DNA from: a virus
Taxonomy: Duplodnaviria; Caudoviricetes
Length of the DNA: 62,642 bases
IMG/VR virus record: IMGVR_UViG_3300049782_000072
Coordinates: 1 to 62,642 of that record
Reading direction: 5' to 3' (one strand)
The position numbers were made by a program, and so were the translations under genes. Below, piece by piece: positions 17,919 through 27,033 of this stretch. Position 1 is the first letter of the stretch. Every line of letters begins with the position of its first letter. The notes beneath the pieces are model-generated. The model saw only the letters and a list, made by a program, of their open reading frames with translations, made no database searches and was not told the origin of the DNA.

Positions 17919-18125
17919 TCACGCCTCGTCCGGCCACTCCGTCAACGTCGTGCCGGTGTCCTCGTCGACGAGGGTGATGCGGACCCCGGGCCCGCCCCAG
18001 TCTCCGATCCAGTCCCGGATCCGGTCGCGGGCCACGGCCTCGCTCCCCCACCAGCCGTGCATGGCCGGCCGGCCGTCGCGGGTCAGGGTGAGGTGGTAGC
18101 GGCCGGGGCCGATGTTGCTGCTCAC
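17919..18125 (-). CDS. Hypothetical protein
   Basis: RYHLTLT.DGRP.MHGWW...TL.DE.TG..L..WP. Confidence 0.6.
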   Translation of the reverse strand: MSSNIGPGRYHLTLTRDGRPAMHGWWGSEAVARDRIRDWIGDWGGPGVRITLVDEDTGTTLTEWPDEA

Positions 18126-18136
18126 GGGCACCACCC

Positions 18137-18157
18137 TAGACTCGAACACATGAACGA
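18137..18157 (+). promoter_or_regulatory. Putative -10 (TAGACT) overlapped by a degenerate LexA SOS box
   Basis: TCGAAC-ACAT-GAACGA has 2 mismatches to the actinobacterial consensus TCGAAC-N4-GTTCGA. Confidence 0.4.
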
Positions 18158-18488
18158 CATGCCGCCCGAGGAGCGCCTCGCAAAACTCAGCGCGCTGGAG
18201 GAGTGGCTGGACTACCAGCTGCGGACGACCCGGGCGCGGCTCCAGACGCTGCAGGCGGAGGTGGAGCGCGGCCGGAAAGCCGAGGCCCGGGCGTGGGCGG
18301 AGCAGCGCTGGAAGCTGGAGCCGGCCCGCGACCGGCGCACCGTCCTCCACCGCGGCGGCTGCGGCATCTGGAAAGGCGGCCACGGATTCCTCAGCCGGGA
18401 TGAGGCGCTCCTGGCGCTGGGGGACGAGAGCCTGCACGTCGAGATGTGCCAGGTCTGCAACCCCGAGCCGGGCCTGCGGCAGACGTGA
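18150..18488 (+). CDS. DUF6233-like protein
   Basis: Coiled coil then LHRGGC...A..AL...CQVCNPE. Confidence 0.7.
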   Translation: MNDMPPEERLAKLSALEEWLDYQLRTTRARLQTLQAEVERGRKAEARAWAEQRWKLEPARDRRTVLHRGGCGIWKGGHGFLSRDEALLALGDESLHVEMCQVCNPEPGLRQT

Positions 18489-18551
18489 CAGACCCCGCCG
18501 AGACGGGGGAGCCCGGCGGGGCCTACGGCCAGTGTGGCACGGGGGCGTGCG

Positions 18552-19379
18552 TCAGCGTTGAGAAAGCAGGCGAGCCGCACGCTCGCGCCGCTGCTGCTCC
18601 TTGCGCTCGGCGCGGGCCCTAGCGGACTGCTGCCGCGCCTTCTCTCGAGCCTCTGGGGAAAGCAGCCGTTGCACGGTGGTCGGGTGCCATTTCCCGCCGC
18701 GCTTGCTGCGGAGCTCCTGCTCGTTGGCGCGGTTGCAGATGGCCCGGATGCTGAGGCCCTCCTCATCACGCCAGCGCTCGAACGTCTCCGCGATCTCGTT
18801 CTCCCGCTCGTCGGCGGTGAGCTCCTTGTCCTCTACGCGCTGCCCGAACCGGGGGGCTCCGTAGGCGTAGCCGCCGCGCTCACCCTTGGCCGCGCGGCCC
18901 TCGGTGAGCCGCTTGATGATGAGCCCGCGGTCGAGCTGGTGGAAGACGCCGCGCATCTGCCGCATGGCCGTGCGCATGGGGTCGGACGCATCGTCCTCCA
19001 GGTGCTCGCCGTGGTCGGCGGTGAACACCCGGCCGCCCAGGGCCCAGACGTAGGAGAGCACGGCTTCCTGCACGGTGAGCTCACGGGCGAGCCGGTCCAG
19101 GTTCGGGGCGAGGATCCCGTCCGCCTTGCCCTCTGCGATCCACTCCACGGCCTCCATGAGTCCGGGGCGCTCGTCGAGCAGTGTCGTGCCTGACTTCCCG
19201 GCCTTGCCGTCCCCGTCCGTGACCATGTGGACGATCCGCACGCGGGTGGTCTGGCCCTTGGCCCACTTCCGGCAGTCGGCTTCCTGGGCGGGGAGGCCGT
19301 AGCCGTCGACTGCCTGGCCGGCGGTGGAGACGCGGCGGACCAACACCAGGCGGAGCGCGGGGATGCGAGGGGTCGTCAT
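18552..19379 (-). CDS. Serine recombinase (resolvase catalytic domain plus short recombinase DNA-binding domain)
   Basis: RVST catalytic motif, SG...RPGL, LDRLAR, G..YG.PRFG, GGKWHPTTV; 275 aa. Confidence 0.9.
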   Translation of the reverse strand: MTTPRIPALRLVLVRRVSTAGQAVDGYGLPAQEADCRKWAKGQTTRVRIVHMVTDGDGKAGKSGTTLLDERPGLMEAVEWIAEGKADGILAPNLDRLARELTVQEAVLSYVWALGGRVFTADHGEHLEDDASDPMRTAMRQMRGVFHQLDRGLIIKRLTEGRAAKGERGGYAYGAPRFGQRVEDKELTADERENEIAETFERWRDEEGLSIRAICNRANEQELRSKRGGKWHPTTVQRLLSPEAREKARQQSARARAERKEQQRRERAARLLSQR

Positions 19380-19393
19380 GGCCACCACTGTAC

Positions 19394-19413
19394 ACATCTA
19401 TGGGCATAGATGT
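19394..19413. promoter_or_regulatory. Putative serine-recombinase crossover/binding site ACATCTATG-GG-CATAGATGT
   Basis: Perfect 9-bp arms around a 2-bp centre, immediately upstream of the recombinase gene. Confidence 0.6.
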
Positions 19414-19517
19414 AACATCCCAGGTCAGAAGCCAGGGTATGGCATGTTATCGAGAGTCGGGCAGGGTGACTTCGGCTCGCCAGCAGCCAACCTGACGGCA
19501 GCGTTAGCCTCCAGCCC

Positions 19518-19796
19518 ATGAACAAGTACACGGGCCTCGCGGTCCTGCTCATCGAAGACGGCCGCAAGTTCGACACCGCGGCGGACCTCACCAAGGACTC
19601 GAACGGGAGCTGGCAGGGGACGCTCACCTTCAACGACGAGACGCTCTTCCCCGTGCTGGTGAACGTCCGGGACGGCCACGTCCTGATCAACGACCGGCCC
19701 GGCGAGTTCGTCCGCCCCGACACCTCCGACTGGGCGGCCTCGGCCAGCGGCCCGTTCATCATGCGGATCCTGGGCAGCGGCGGCGCGCCCTTCTGA
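19518..19796 (+). CDS. Hypothetical beta-rich protein (moron-like)
   Basis: Own probable -10 and downstream hairpin terminator at about 19805-19845. Confidence 0.65.
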   Translation: MNKYTGLAVLLIEDGRKFDTAADLTKDSNGSWQGTLTFNDETLFPVLVNVRDGHVLINDRPGEFVRPDTSDWAASASGPFIMRILGSGGAPF

Positions 19797-19929
19797 CAAC
19801 GACGAAGCGCCCCGCTCCCCTGCCGAAGCAGGAGGGCGGGGCGCTGTCGTGTCACGGCTCGGTGACGGAGGGGTACCTGTAGGGCGCACGTGCTCTACGG
19901 TGTTCCGACGTTCAACCTTGGGGGGACCT

Positions 19930-20559
19930 ATGCGCGTTCGCGCTACGGCGGCAACGGCCGTCCTGCTCCTGGCCGCACTCACGGCATGCGGCGGCGGGGG
20001 CAGCGACAGCTCATCGGCCAAGACGAAGGCACCGGCCGGCAAGACGAAGAGGGTCGACTGCACGGACCAGACCCTCGACCAGGCCGAGTGGACGGAGCAC
20101 TGCGCCGACGAGGCCAGCACCGACTCCGGCGCCGAGGCGAAGTCGACGGGCCTGAAGTTCGGCGAGTCCTACAAGTGGCCCGACGGGCTCAAGGTCACCG
20201 TCGTCGATGCGAAGGTGTTCACCGACTTCAACAAGGATCTCCTGGAGTCGCCGGAGCCCGGCAGTACCGACTTCCGGGTGACGCTGAAGCTGGAGAACGG
20301 CAGCAAGGAGCCGGTCGCCCTGGACGACCTGCCCCTCATCGTGGAGGGCGCGACGAACGGCGGGGAAGCGGCGTTCACCATGTTCGAGAACGGCTCTCAG
20401 CCGCTCGAAGGGCGGATGGCGCCGGGCGTGACCGCCACGAAGAACGCGGACCACGTGCTGGAGACGAAGTACGGCAAGAAGATCGTGGTGACGGTTCAGC
20501 GGAACAGCGAGAACTTCGACCTGGACTTCGCCGAGTTCAACGGTGAGATCATCGGCTGA
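19930..20559 (+). CDS. Lipoprotein with Ig-like (DUF4352-like) domain, possible superinfection exclusion
   Basis: Signal peptide with lipobox LTAC; opposite strand to the lysis genes. Confidence 0.75.
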   Translation: MRVRATAATAVLLLAALTACGGGGSDSSSAKTKAPAGKTKRVDCTDQTLDQAEWTEHCADEASTDSGAEAKSTGLKFGESYKWPDGLKVTVVDAKVFTDFNKDLLESPEPGSTDFRVTLKLENGSKEPVALDDLPLIVEGATNGGEAAFTMFENGSQPLEGRMAPGVTATKNADHVLETKYGKKIVVTVQRNSENFDLDFAEFNGEIIG

Positions 20560-20570
20560 GCCCGCAACGA

Positions 20571-20602
20571 AGCGCCCCCACCGCCGGAGCGGTGGGGGCG
20601 CT
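20571..20602. terminator. Bidirectional terminator at the end of the late operon
   Basis: AGCGCCCCCACCGC / GCGGTGGGGGCGCT. Confidence 0.7.
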
Positions 20603-20607
20603 GTGGT

Positions 20608-20766
20608 TCACGCGGGTTCGTCGTCCGGCGGCCAGTCCGGTTCGAGGAACGGGTCCGCGGCGGGCGCCGGCACGGGCGGGGGGTCTTCCTGGCCGAGCTG
20701 CACCAGCGACCTGACGTCCGCGGCCGTGTCGTCCCGGCGCGGCCGGAGAGGAATCGGATCCGGCAT
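20608..20766 (-). CDS. Small Pro/Asp-rich protein
   Basis: MPDPIPLRPRRDD...; follows the lysis genes. Confidence 0.5.
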   Translation of the reverse strand: MPDPIPLRPRRDDTAADVRSLVQLGQEDPPPVPAPAADPFLEPDWPPDDEPA

Positions 20767-20767
20767 G

Positions 20768-21130
20768 TCACACTCCAGTTCGGTAGTACTCGTCGACCAG
20801 AGGGTGCGGCGGCTCCGGCTCGATGCCGGCGCGGTGCATCTGCCGGGCCCACCGGTCAGTGGTCGTGGCGAACGCCCGCAGCATCGCCTCCAGTCGGGCC
20901 ATGCGGCCCCGCAGCGATCCGTTCTCCTCGTCGACCCGCTTCACCGTCGCTTCGAGGACGGCGAACTCCTGGGCGCGCGCTTGGGGAGCCGCTTGGATCG
21001 CGGCGACCGCCTCGTTGGCGCGGGCCGTGGCCTGCGCTGCCCGGACGGTGGCTCGGGCGACGAACCATCCCCCGCCTCCGAGGACGCTGCCGGCGGCGCC
21101 GATGATGGCTGCCCACTCGCCCACGTTCAT
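20768..21130 (-). CDS. Membrane-anchored coiled-coil lysis accessory protein
   Basis: N-terminal TM plus coiled coil; coupled. Confidence 0.65.
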   Translation of the reverse strand: MNVGEWAAIIGAAGSVLGGGGWFVARATVRAAQATARANEAVAAIQAAPQARAQEFAVLEATVKRVDEENGSLRGRMARLEAMLRAFATTTDRWARQMHRAGIEPEPPHPLVDEYYRTGV

Positions 21131-21567
21131 GCGGCCTTGCCTCTCCGGGCGCGCACGGGCGGGGGGACCGAGTACTCGGGAACCGCGCTCGCCCACAGAA
21201 TCACCCCGACGTGACTCGTCAGGTACCAGACTGCGACGAACCCGCCGCGGGAGTAGTCGCCGGTGATGACGGCGACGGTGTAGGCGGTGGCCCACACGGT
21301 GGGGGGAAGTAGTGCAGCGAGGAACCCGAACCAGTCCCGGCCGACGCGAAGAAACGCGGAGCCGAGGGTGACGAGTCCGCACACGATCCACAGGCACGAC
21401 CAGTGCCGCAGGGAGCACAGGCCGGTGAGGAGTTCGAGGCCCTGGTCGCTGGGCGGGTTGACGAGAAACGACACGCCCCAGCAGGTCTTGCCGACGCCGA
21501 GGATCGCGAGGAAGACGCCGCGGCGGCCCAGGGCCTTGTACAGCCGCCGGGCCACACGGCGCAGCAT
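21127..21567 (-). CDS. Multi-TM membrane protein (lysis cassette)
   Basis: About four hydrophobic segments. Confidence 0.7.
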   Translation of the reverse strand: MLRRVARRLYKALGRRGVFLAILGVGKTCWGVSFLVNPPSDQGLELLTGLCSLRHWSCLWIVCGLVTLGSAFLRVGRDWFGFLAALLPPTVWATAYTVAVITGDYSRGGFVAVWYLTSHVGVILWASAVPEYSVPPPVRARRGKAA

Positions 21568-21929
21568 CAGACCGTCCGCTGCGACTCGGCGGCGGCGGGG
21601 GCGGACGGGTTGGCCGGCGAGACCTGGCCGCGGGTGAGCAGGCCGAGCGTGGCGAGGACGACCGCGTTCAGCGCGCCGATCTTCTCCGGTCCGAGCTCCA
21701 GCCCGTAGGCGGCGAGCAGCGCAGCGACCGCGGCGACGAGACCGGTGAACGCCGACGGCGCGGTGGGCCGGGTGACGGCGGCGGTGGCCGCGGCGAACAC
21801 CGCGGAGATGACGGCGACGATCGCACCGGCCTGCTCGGCGGACAGACCGAACTGGAAGGTGACCAACAGGGACAGGCCGGCCGAGACGGCGGCGATGACG
21901 AGAGCGGGCTCTCTGCCGAAGATGCGCAT
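21567..21929 (-). CDS. Holin
   Basis: MRIFGREPAL..., multiple TMs, ends RGQVSP; follows the endolysin. Confidence 0.8.
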   Translation of the reverse strand: MRIFGREPALVIAAVSAGLSLLVTFQFGLSAEQAGAIVAVISAVFAAATAAVTRPTAPSAFTGLVAAVAALLAAYGLELGPEKIGALNAVVLATLGLLTRGQVSPANPSAPAAAESQRTV

Positions 21930-21931
21930 GG

Positions 21932-22825
21932 TCAGGCTCCCTTGCTGGCGAGGAGGCGGTCGACGGCCTTTTGGATGGCGCGGACCCGGGTGGTGACGTC
22001 CTGGATGTGGGTCTGCCACGTCCAGGACTTGTTGGTCTGGTAGTCGGCGGCGTCGGACGGTGCGGTCAGGACGTCGTCGGTCTTGAGCAGCTTGTTGTAG
22101 ACCGCGTCGGCGATCTTCTTGATGTCGGCGTCGCTGAGCGCCACGTCGTTCTCCTCGGTGGTGGGCTCGCCCTTGGCGAGCTGGATGACGCGGGCGAAGT
22201 TGAGGGAGCCCGGGTCTCCGTGGTCGTTCTCGGGTACGTGCTGGTGGCCGCACCAGCCTTTGAAGGAGCGCCAGGCGGACTGCGACATGCGGGCCGGGCT
22301 GGCGCCGTAGGAGGCGGGCGTGACGCCGGGCCGGCGCGGGTCCTTGCCGTAGGCCAGCCAGTACTTCACGCAGGTGAGGGGCACGCCGTGGTAGTCGTGC
22401 AGCCAGCGCACCAGCCACGCCACTTCAGCGAGCGCCCACTCGGGGGCGGTCGGCCAGTGCAGGTAGTCGACGCCGACGCGCTTGCGCGACCATGTCGTCC
22501 GCTTCGAGTCGTCGCAGGTGCCAACGAGTTCGATCTGGAAGACGTTGGCGGTGTTCGTCTCGACGCCGCCGAGCTTGTTGGCGAGCGCCCGGGCGGACTC
22601 GTCGACGTCGTAGTGCTGGTACCAGCGGATCCGCTTGGCCTTGATGTCGGGGACGCCCGTCACGGTCGGGGCCATCGCGCCGCCGTTGTAGGACGGCAGG
22701 CTCATGCCCTCGGTGGTGTGGACGACTCCGCAGTTGACCTCCATGTCGGTGCCGGAGTAGCGGCCGGCGCCGTAGAAGTAGGACTGCGAGGCGCCGGGGA
22801 TCTTCTGCGGGCCGGTGCGCGCCAC
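21932..22825 (-). CDS. Endolysin (Zn amidase_2-like)
   Basis: HTTE, QIELVG and GHQHVPENDHGDPG motifs. Confidence 0.88.
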   Translation of the reverse strand: MARTGPQKIPGASQSYFYGAGRYSGTDMEVNCGVVHTTEGMSLPSYNGGAMAPTVTGVPDIKAKRIRWYQHYDVDESARALANKLGGVETNTANVFQIELVGTCDDSKRTTWSRKRVGVDYLHWPTAPEWALAEVAWLVRWLHDYHGVPLTCVKYWLAYGKDPRRPGVTPASYGASPARMSQSAWRSFKGWCGHQHVPENDHGDPGSLNFARVIQLAKGEPTTEENDVALSDADIKKIADAVYNKLLKTDDVLTAPSDAADYQTNKSWTWQTHIQDVTTRVRAIQKAVDRLLASKGA

Positions 22826-22838
22826 GGGCGGCCTCCTT

Positions 22839-23429
22839 TCAGAAGGTGGTGCGGATGAAGGTGAGCTGGAACCGGAGGTTCGTGCCGGTGCTGATGGTTC
22901 CGCTGGAGGTGCGCAGGGTGACGATGCCGTCGACGCCGATGACGAAGCCGCCGTGGCGGATGCCGGAGTCCCAGCAGCCGGAGATGGTGGCGTGGGTGGG
23001 CCGCCAGCTGGTCGGCACGGTCGCGACGACCAGGTCGACGAGGTTGCCGTTGCTGAGGGTGATGTCGCCGCCGGTACGCGTCAGGTAGAAGTCGATGCTG
23101 GTGACGCGGCCCTGCCGGTGCCCGAAGAAGTCGATGACGGAGAACCCTGACGCGGCGGACAAGCCGGTGGTGCCGGAGACGAGCGACGGCTCGGGCGTGA
23201 TCCAGGCGGAACCGTTGTAGATCTCCAGCCGGTTGACGTCCCTCAGCCACGTGGCCATGCCCTCAACGGGCTCGTCGAGGGTGGCGCCGCGTTCGGATGC
23301 GGAGTCGAACCACATCACGGTGTGCGGGATGATCCCGTCGGCGAGTGCCTGGGCGGCGCCGTCGATGGATGGCGGGTCCGTCCTCTGCCAGATCTGGACG
23401 TCCTGGCCGTACTGGTCGGGCGCGGTCAC
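22839..23429 (-). CDS. Minor tail / short tail-fibre protein
   Basis: Last gene of the tail module; beta-rich head-domain pattern. Confidence 0.65.
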   Translation of the reverse strand: MTAPDQYGQDVQIWQRTDPPSIDGAAQALADGIIPHTVMWFDSASERGATLDEPVEGMATWLRDVNRLEIYNGSAWITPEPSLVSGTTGLSAASGFSVIDFFGHRQGRVTSIDFYLTRTGGDITLSNGNLVDLVVATVPTSWRPTHATISGCWDSGIRHGGFVIGVDGIVTLRTSSGTISTGTNLRFQLTFIRTTF

Positions 23430-23440
23430 GGGCCCCCCTC

Positions 23441-23710
23441 TCAGGTCGCGAGCTTGCCGAGGACGGCCCAGTTGCCGTTGCCGAAGTCGGCGAGGACGAC
23501 GAGGTCTCCGTCTGCGGGTGTGGTGTAGGAGGCGAGACGCCGGACTTCCATGTCACCGTCGACTTCGATGAGGCCCCCGGTGAGGACGCCGGTGACGGTG
23601 CCGAGCATGAGGCGGGAGCCGCGCACGCTCGGGGCGTTCTCGCCTGCCCGGACCGCCTCTTCCGCCTGGAACTGGGCGACCGCGCGCGCGTGCGCGTGGA
23701 GGCTTTTCAC
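23441..23710 (-). CDS. Small tail-tip protein
   Basis: ASYT.P..GD.V...WAVLG; coupled. Confidence 0.6.
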   Translation of the reverse strand: MKSLHAHARAVAQFQAEEAVRAGENAPSVRGSRLMLGTVTGVLTGGLIEVDGDMEVRRLASYTTPADGDLVVLADFGNGNWAVLGKLAT

Positions 23711-24798
23711 GCGTCCTCCTTGGCGCTGATGGTGGAGATGGGGAAGTCGCCGCCGATGTCGAGCGGCACCGAGAACGAAGCCACCTGGTGGAGTTCGCGG
23801 CTGCCGTCCTCGTGCACCACCCGCAGCACGTCGCCTGGCTCCAGCGCCGGGTTCGGCAGGCTGGAGATGTCGCCGCCCGCGTTCGGCGCCTTGGCCTCGG
23901 CGAGCTTGAGCCGGGCCGCGTTCTGGCAGGCCGCGAGCGTGGTTAGCGTCGACGAGCTGTAGAAGAGGGGCCGGCGGCCGTAGGGCCCGCCCCAGTAGGT
24001 GGGGCTGTTGGGGTCGCTGTCGGTGGCCAGATAGGACACCGGCGGGATGCTGTCGGAGGTGCTTTCCCCGCGTGCGAGGACGGCATTGTGTACGCCGTCG
24101 CTGGTCATGGCCCGGTCGCCGGAGATGTAGACGCCGCCCTCGGTCGCCTCGACCGCCCATACCGGGTCGACGGCCGCAAGGTCCGGCATGACCCGGATGA
24201 CGAACACGCCGTCCGCGTTCGCGTACACCTCCGCACCCGCGGCCGCGGCGATCTCCTGACACCCGGCCCACGGGTCGGCCTCGACGTCGAACCAGCGGGC
24301 GCCGATGGCCGTGTCGGTGATCTCGCTGATGACGTCGGCGCCGATGATGCTGCGGCGGATCAGGCTGGTGATGGCGGTGACGACCGTGCCGGAGGCCCGG
24401 TATCGAGTGGTGAACCTGTCGTCCTGGACGACTACCTCAAGGCCCTTGCCCTGCAGCGTCACCGGGCCGTCCGAGACGTCGCCGTCCACCGAGTCCAGGC
24501 GGAACACCCCGAGCGGCACCAGCTCGCTCGTGCCGTCGCCGTACTCGACGCCGCGGGCGATCCGCAGCCGCGCCCCGTAGGTGGCGAGCTGATCCGAGGG
24601 GGTGCGCGGGATCAGCGACGGGTCCGGGCAGGTGACGGTGCACGTGCGGCGGATCGCCTGGCTGCGGTCCACCGTCACCGACCCGCCGATGTGCGGCAGG
24701 TCGATGACCTCGCCCGTCGTGAGGAACAGCTGCACCTGCGTGACCGGCGTGTGAGACTCGGCGAGCCGCGCCAGGAAGCGATCCGACACCGGATACAT
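23707..24798 (-). CDS. Baseplate hub-like minor tail protein (DUF5047-like)
   Basis: GGSVTVDRSQAIRRTC...VPLGVF...PNPALEPGD. Confidence 0.8.
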   Translation of the reverse strand: MYPVSDRFLARLAESHTPVTQVQLFLTTGEVIDLPHIGGSVTVDRSQAIRRTCTVTCPDPSLIPRTPSDQLATYGARLRIARGVEYGDGTSELVPLGVFRLDSVDGDVSDGPVTLQGKGLEVVVQDDRFTTRYRASGTVVTAITSLIRRSIIGADVISEITDTAIGARWFDVEADPWAGCQEIAAAAGAEVYANADGVFVIRVMPDLAAVDPVWAVEATEGGVYISGDRAMTSDGVHNAVLARGESTSDSIPPVSYLATDSDPNSPTYWGGPYGRRPLFYSSSTLTTLAACQNAARLKLAEAKAPNAGGDISSLPNPALEPGDVLRVVHEDGSRELHQVASFSVPLDIGGDFPISTISAKEDA

Positions 24799-24801
24799 CG
24801 A

Positions 24802-27033
24802 TCACCCCCGGCGGTCGAGCAGCAGATCCTCGGACGTGGCGTACACGTCGAGCAGGTCGGCGCAGGTGGCGAACTCGGTGACCACGTCCTGGCAGGTACG
24901 CCCACCCGAGCCGTTGACGCCGAGCGTGACCGGCATGTCCTGCTGGGTCAGGGGCAGCGTCCACGCCCGCCAAGGTTCCTGCGCGAGCGCACCCACCCGG
25001 GCCTCGGAGATCTGGGCGACGGACACGTACAGATCGGAGGCGCCCATGCCCGGCGCGGCCTGCCACAGCAGCGTGTTGCCGGAGTCGAGCAGCAGATGCA
25101 GGGCCTGCCGCTCCTCGTCGCTGCGCGTCCAGATCGCCAGCTCACCTTCCAGGCCGCCCCGGACGCCCGACAGGACGATCGGGTTACGGCGGCCCCGCAC
25201 CCGGTGCACGGCCTGCTCGATGGGCCGGGCCCAGTCGGGCGCCCGCTGCACCAGCACCCGCAGGTTGCGCTGCGGCATCGACGGGTCCTTCAGCCACGCC
25301 TCGTTGAGGTCGGCCAGCACCAGCGTGACGGGGCCCGACGAGCGGGTGCTGACCACCGCACCGTCGCTGTCGCGGATGGTCATCGCGTAGTAGAACTGGA
25401 TGCCGAACGGCGCCTCATGGTCCTCGACGATGAGGAGGTCCGAGGTGATGGACTGCCGCTCGATGAGGCCGGCCGGGCCGCGCACGAGCGTGCGGGTCCC
25501 GTCGGCGGCGACCCGCTGCACGGTGATCGTGTAGTCGTCGAGAGGGAGTTCCCGCAGCGTCAGCGTGGCGTAGCCGCGGTCGGAGTCGACGGTGACCGCG
25601 GTCTGCGGCAGCACTTCCCACAGGGTGACCAGGTCGACGTGCAGGACGCTGGCCACGGCGGCCGCGGTGACGACCAGGTCGATAGAGGCCTGCGTCGCTC
25701 CGGCGGGGGCGACGCTGTCGGAGGGCATGACGTACCAGTCGGAGCCGGGCACCCCGTAGGAGATGCCTCCGCTGACGCCCACCTCGACGTCGACGTCGTC
25801 GAACCAGCGGACCCGCACCACCACCGACGTCCACGAGCCCGCGTCGGCGTGCGCGAGGACCTGCGCCCGCCAGTTCACGTTCTCCCGCACTGGGAAGCGA
25901 GCGGACCGGATCGTCGAGGTGGTGGCGGTGCTGCTGGTGATGGCCAGCGAGTAGGCGCCCTCGAAGAACGAGTCACCCCACGGGCTGGTGCGGGCGATGG
26001 TGGCCACCCCGTTGGCCACGGTCCATCCGGCGACGCCCTGCTCGAAGCTGCCGTCGGCGTAGGGGACGACGGTGCCGGACTGCAGCTGCGGGGCCGCGGC
26101 GATGACGACGGTCTCCAGGCGAAGCACCTGCCCGGCCGACGCACCGTCCAGGCCCGCCGCGAGCGAGCACGTGGCCGCGCCCGCCGGGGCGATGTCGGAG
26201 ACACGCTGCCGGTACATGCCGGTCGCCGGTGTCGGCGGGGCCAGCACGCTGCGAGTGGCCTGGATCTGGTTGCCGTTGGAGTCGTAGAAGCGCAGCTCGA
26301 TCCACGCCGTCGACGCGACGGTCGGCGGCTGCAGGTAGGCGTAGGCCAGATACTCCTGGCCCGGCGTGACCGCAGGCCTGTCCACCGCCAGGATCGACGC
26401 GTTGCCCGCGGCGACCGCGGTCATCGCGAGGGTGTGGCCGCCGGCGGTGTAGTTGGTGACCGCCCAGCTCACCACCGGCACCTGCCGGGAGACGGTGGCG
26501 TTGACGACGGGCGCCCAGCCGGAGGCGTCCACCTCGGACGATTCGGTGTTGAAGGGGAAGAGGTTGCCGAGGGTCCTGATAGGCGCGCCGAGGTAGACGT
26601 TCTCCCAGAAGTGCGAGACGTTCGCCGCGGTCTCCGTCGACGACAGGAGAACCTGCGCCTGCGTGGCCTCGGCCGGGGCCGCACCGGCAACGGACACGCG
26701 ATGCCACGCCCCGGAGGAGCCTGTCGTCGGCACCGACCAGGTGATGCCCATCTGGATCGACCCGTACAGCCAGCGGATGCCGATCCGCTCCCCCACCACC
26801 CCGGCCGTGTCGGCGAACGCGTAGTACGTCGTCCCGGCCGTGACGGGGTAGGAGGAGACGGTGCGGGCCTGCATCTCGCCTGCGGCCACCGACCGGACGG
26901 ACAGGCAGCCGCCCCCGCCCGTCCGGCCGCCGATGCCCATGTGGATCGTGCAGTTGAGATGCGACGTCCAGCCCGAGGTGTTCGGATCGATCGTCTCCGT
27001 CGTCGCCGACAGCAGGTTCCCGGGGATCGGCAT
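24802..27033 (-). CDS. Distal tail-like protein with three N-terminal carbohydrate-binding-like repeats
   Basis: Follows the tape measure; three related blocks (GNLL...SGW, GNLF...SGW, GSFEQGVAGW). Confidence 0.7.
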   Translation of the reverse strand: MPIPGNLLSATTETIDPNTSGWTSHLNCTIHMGIGGRTGGGGCLSVRSVAAGEMQARTVSSYPVTAGTTYYAFADTAGVVGERIGIRWLYGSIQMGITWSVPTTGSSGAWHRVSVAGAAPAEATQAQVLLSSTETAANVSHFWENVYLGAPIRTLGNLFPFNTESSEVDASGWAPVVNATVSRQVPVVSWAVTNYTAGGHTLAMTAVAAGNASILAVDRPAVTPGQEYLAYAYLQPPTVASTAWIELRFYDSNGNQIQATRSVLAPPTPATGMYRQRVSDIAPAGAATCSLAAGLDGASAGQVLRLETVVIAAAPQLQSGTVVPYADGSFEQGVAGWTVANGVATIARTSPWGDSFFEGAYSLAITSSTATTSTIRSARFPVRENVNWRAQVLAHADAGSWTSVVVRVRWFDDVDVEVGVSGGISYGVPGSDWYVMPSDSVAPAGATQASIDLVVTAAAVASVLHVDLVTLWEVLPQTAVTVDSDRGYATLTLRELPLDDYTITVQRVAADGTRTLVRGPAGLIERQSITSDLLIVEDHEAPFGIQFYYAMTIRDSDGAVVSTRSSGPVTLVLADLNEAWLKDPSMPQRNLRVLVQRAPDWARPIEQAVHRVRGRRNPIVLSGVRGGLEGELAIWTRSDEERQALHLLLDSGNTLLWQAAPGMGASDLYVSVAQISEARVGALAQEPWRAWTLPLTQQDMPVTLGVNGSGGRTCQDVVTEFATCADLLDVYATSEDLLLDRRG

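Noticed and set aside
18552-23429. Tail-fibre inversion system driven by the serine recombinase
   Set aside because: No inverted fibre cassettes or paired recombination sites were seen, and the lysis genes separate the recombinase from the tail genes
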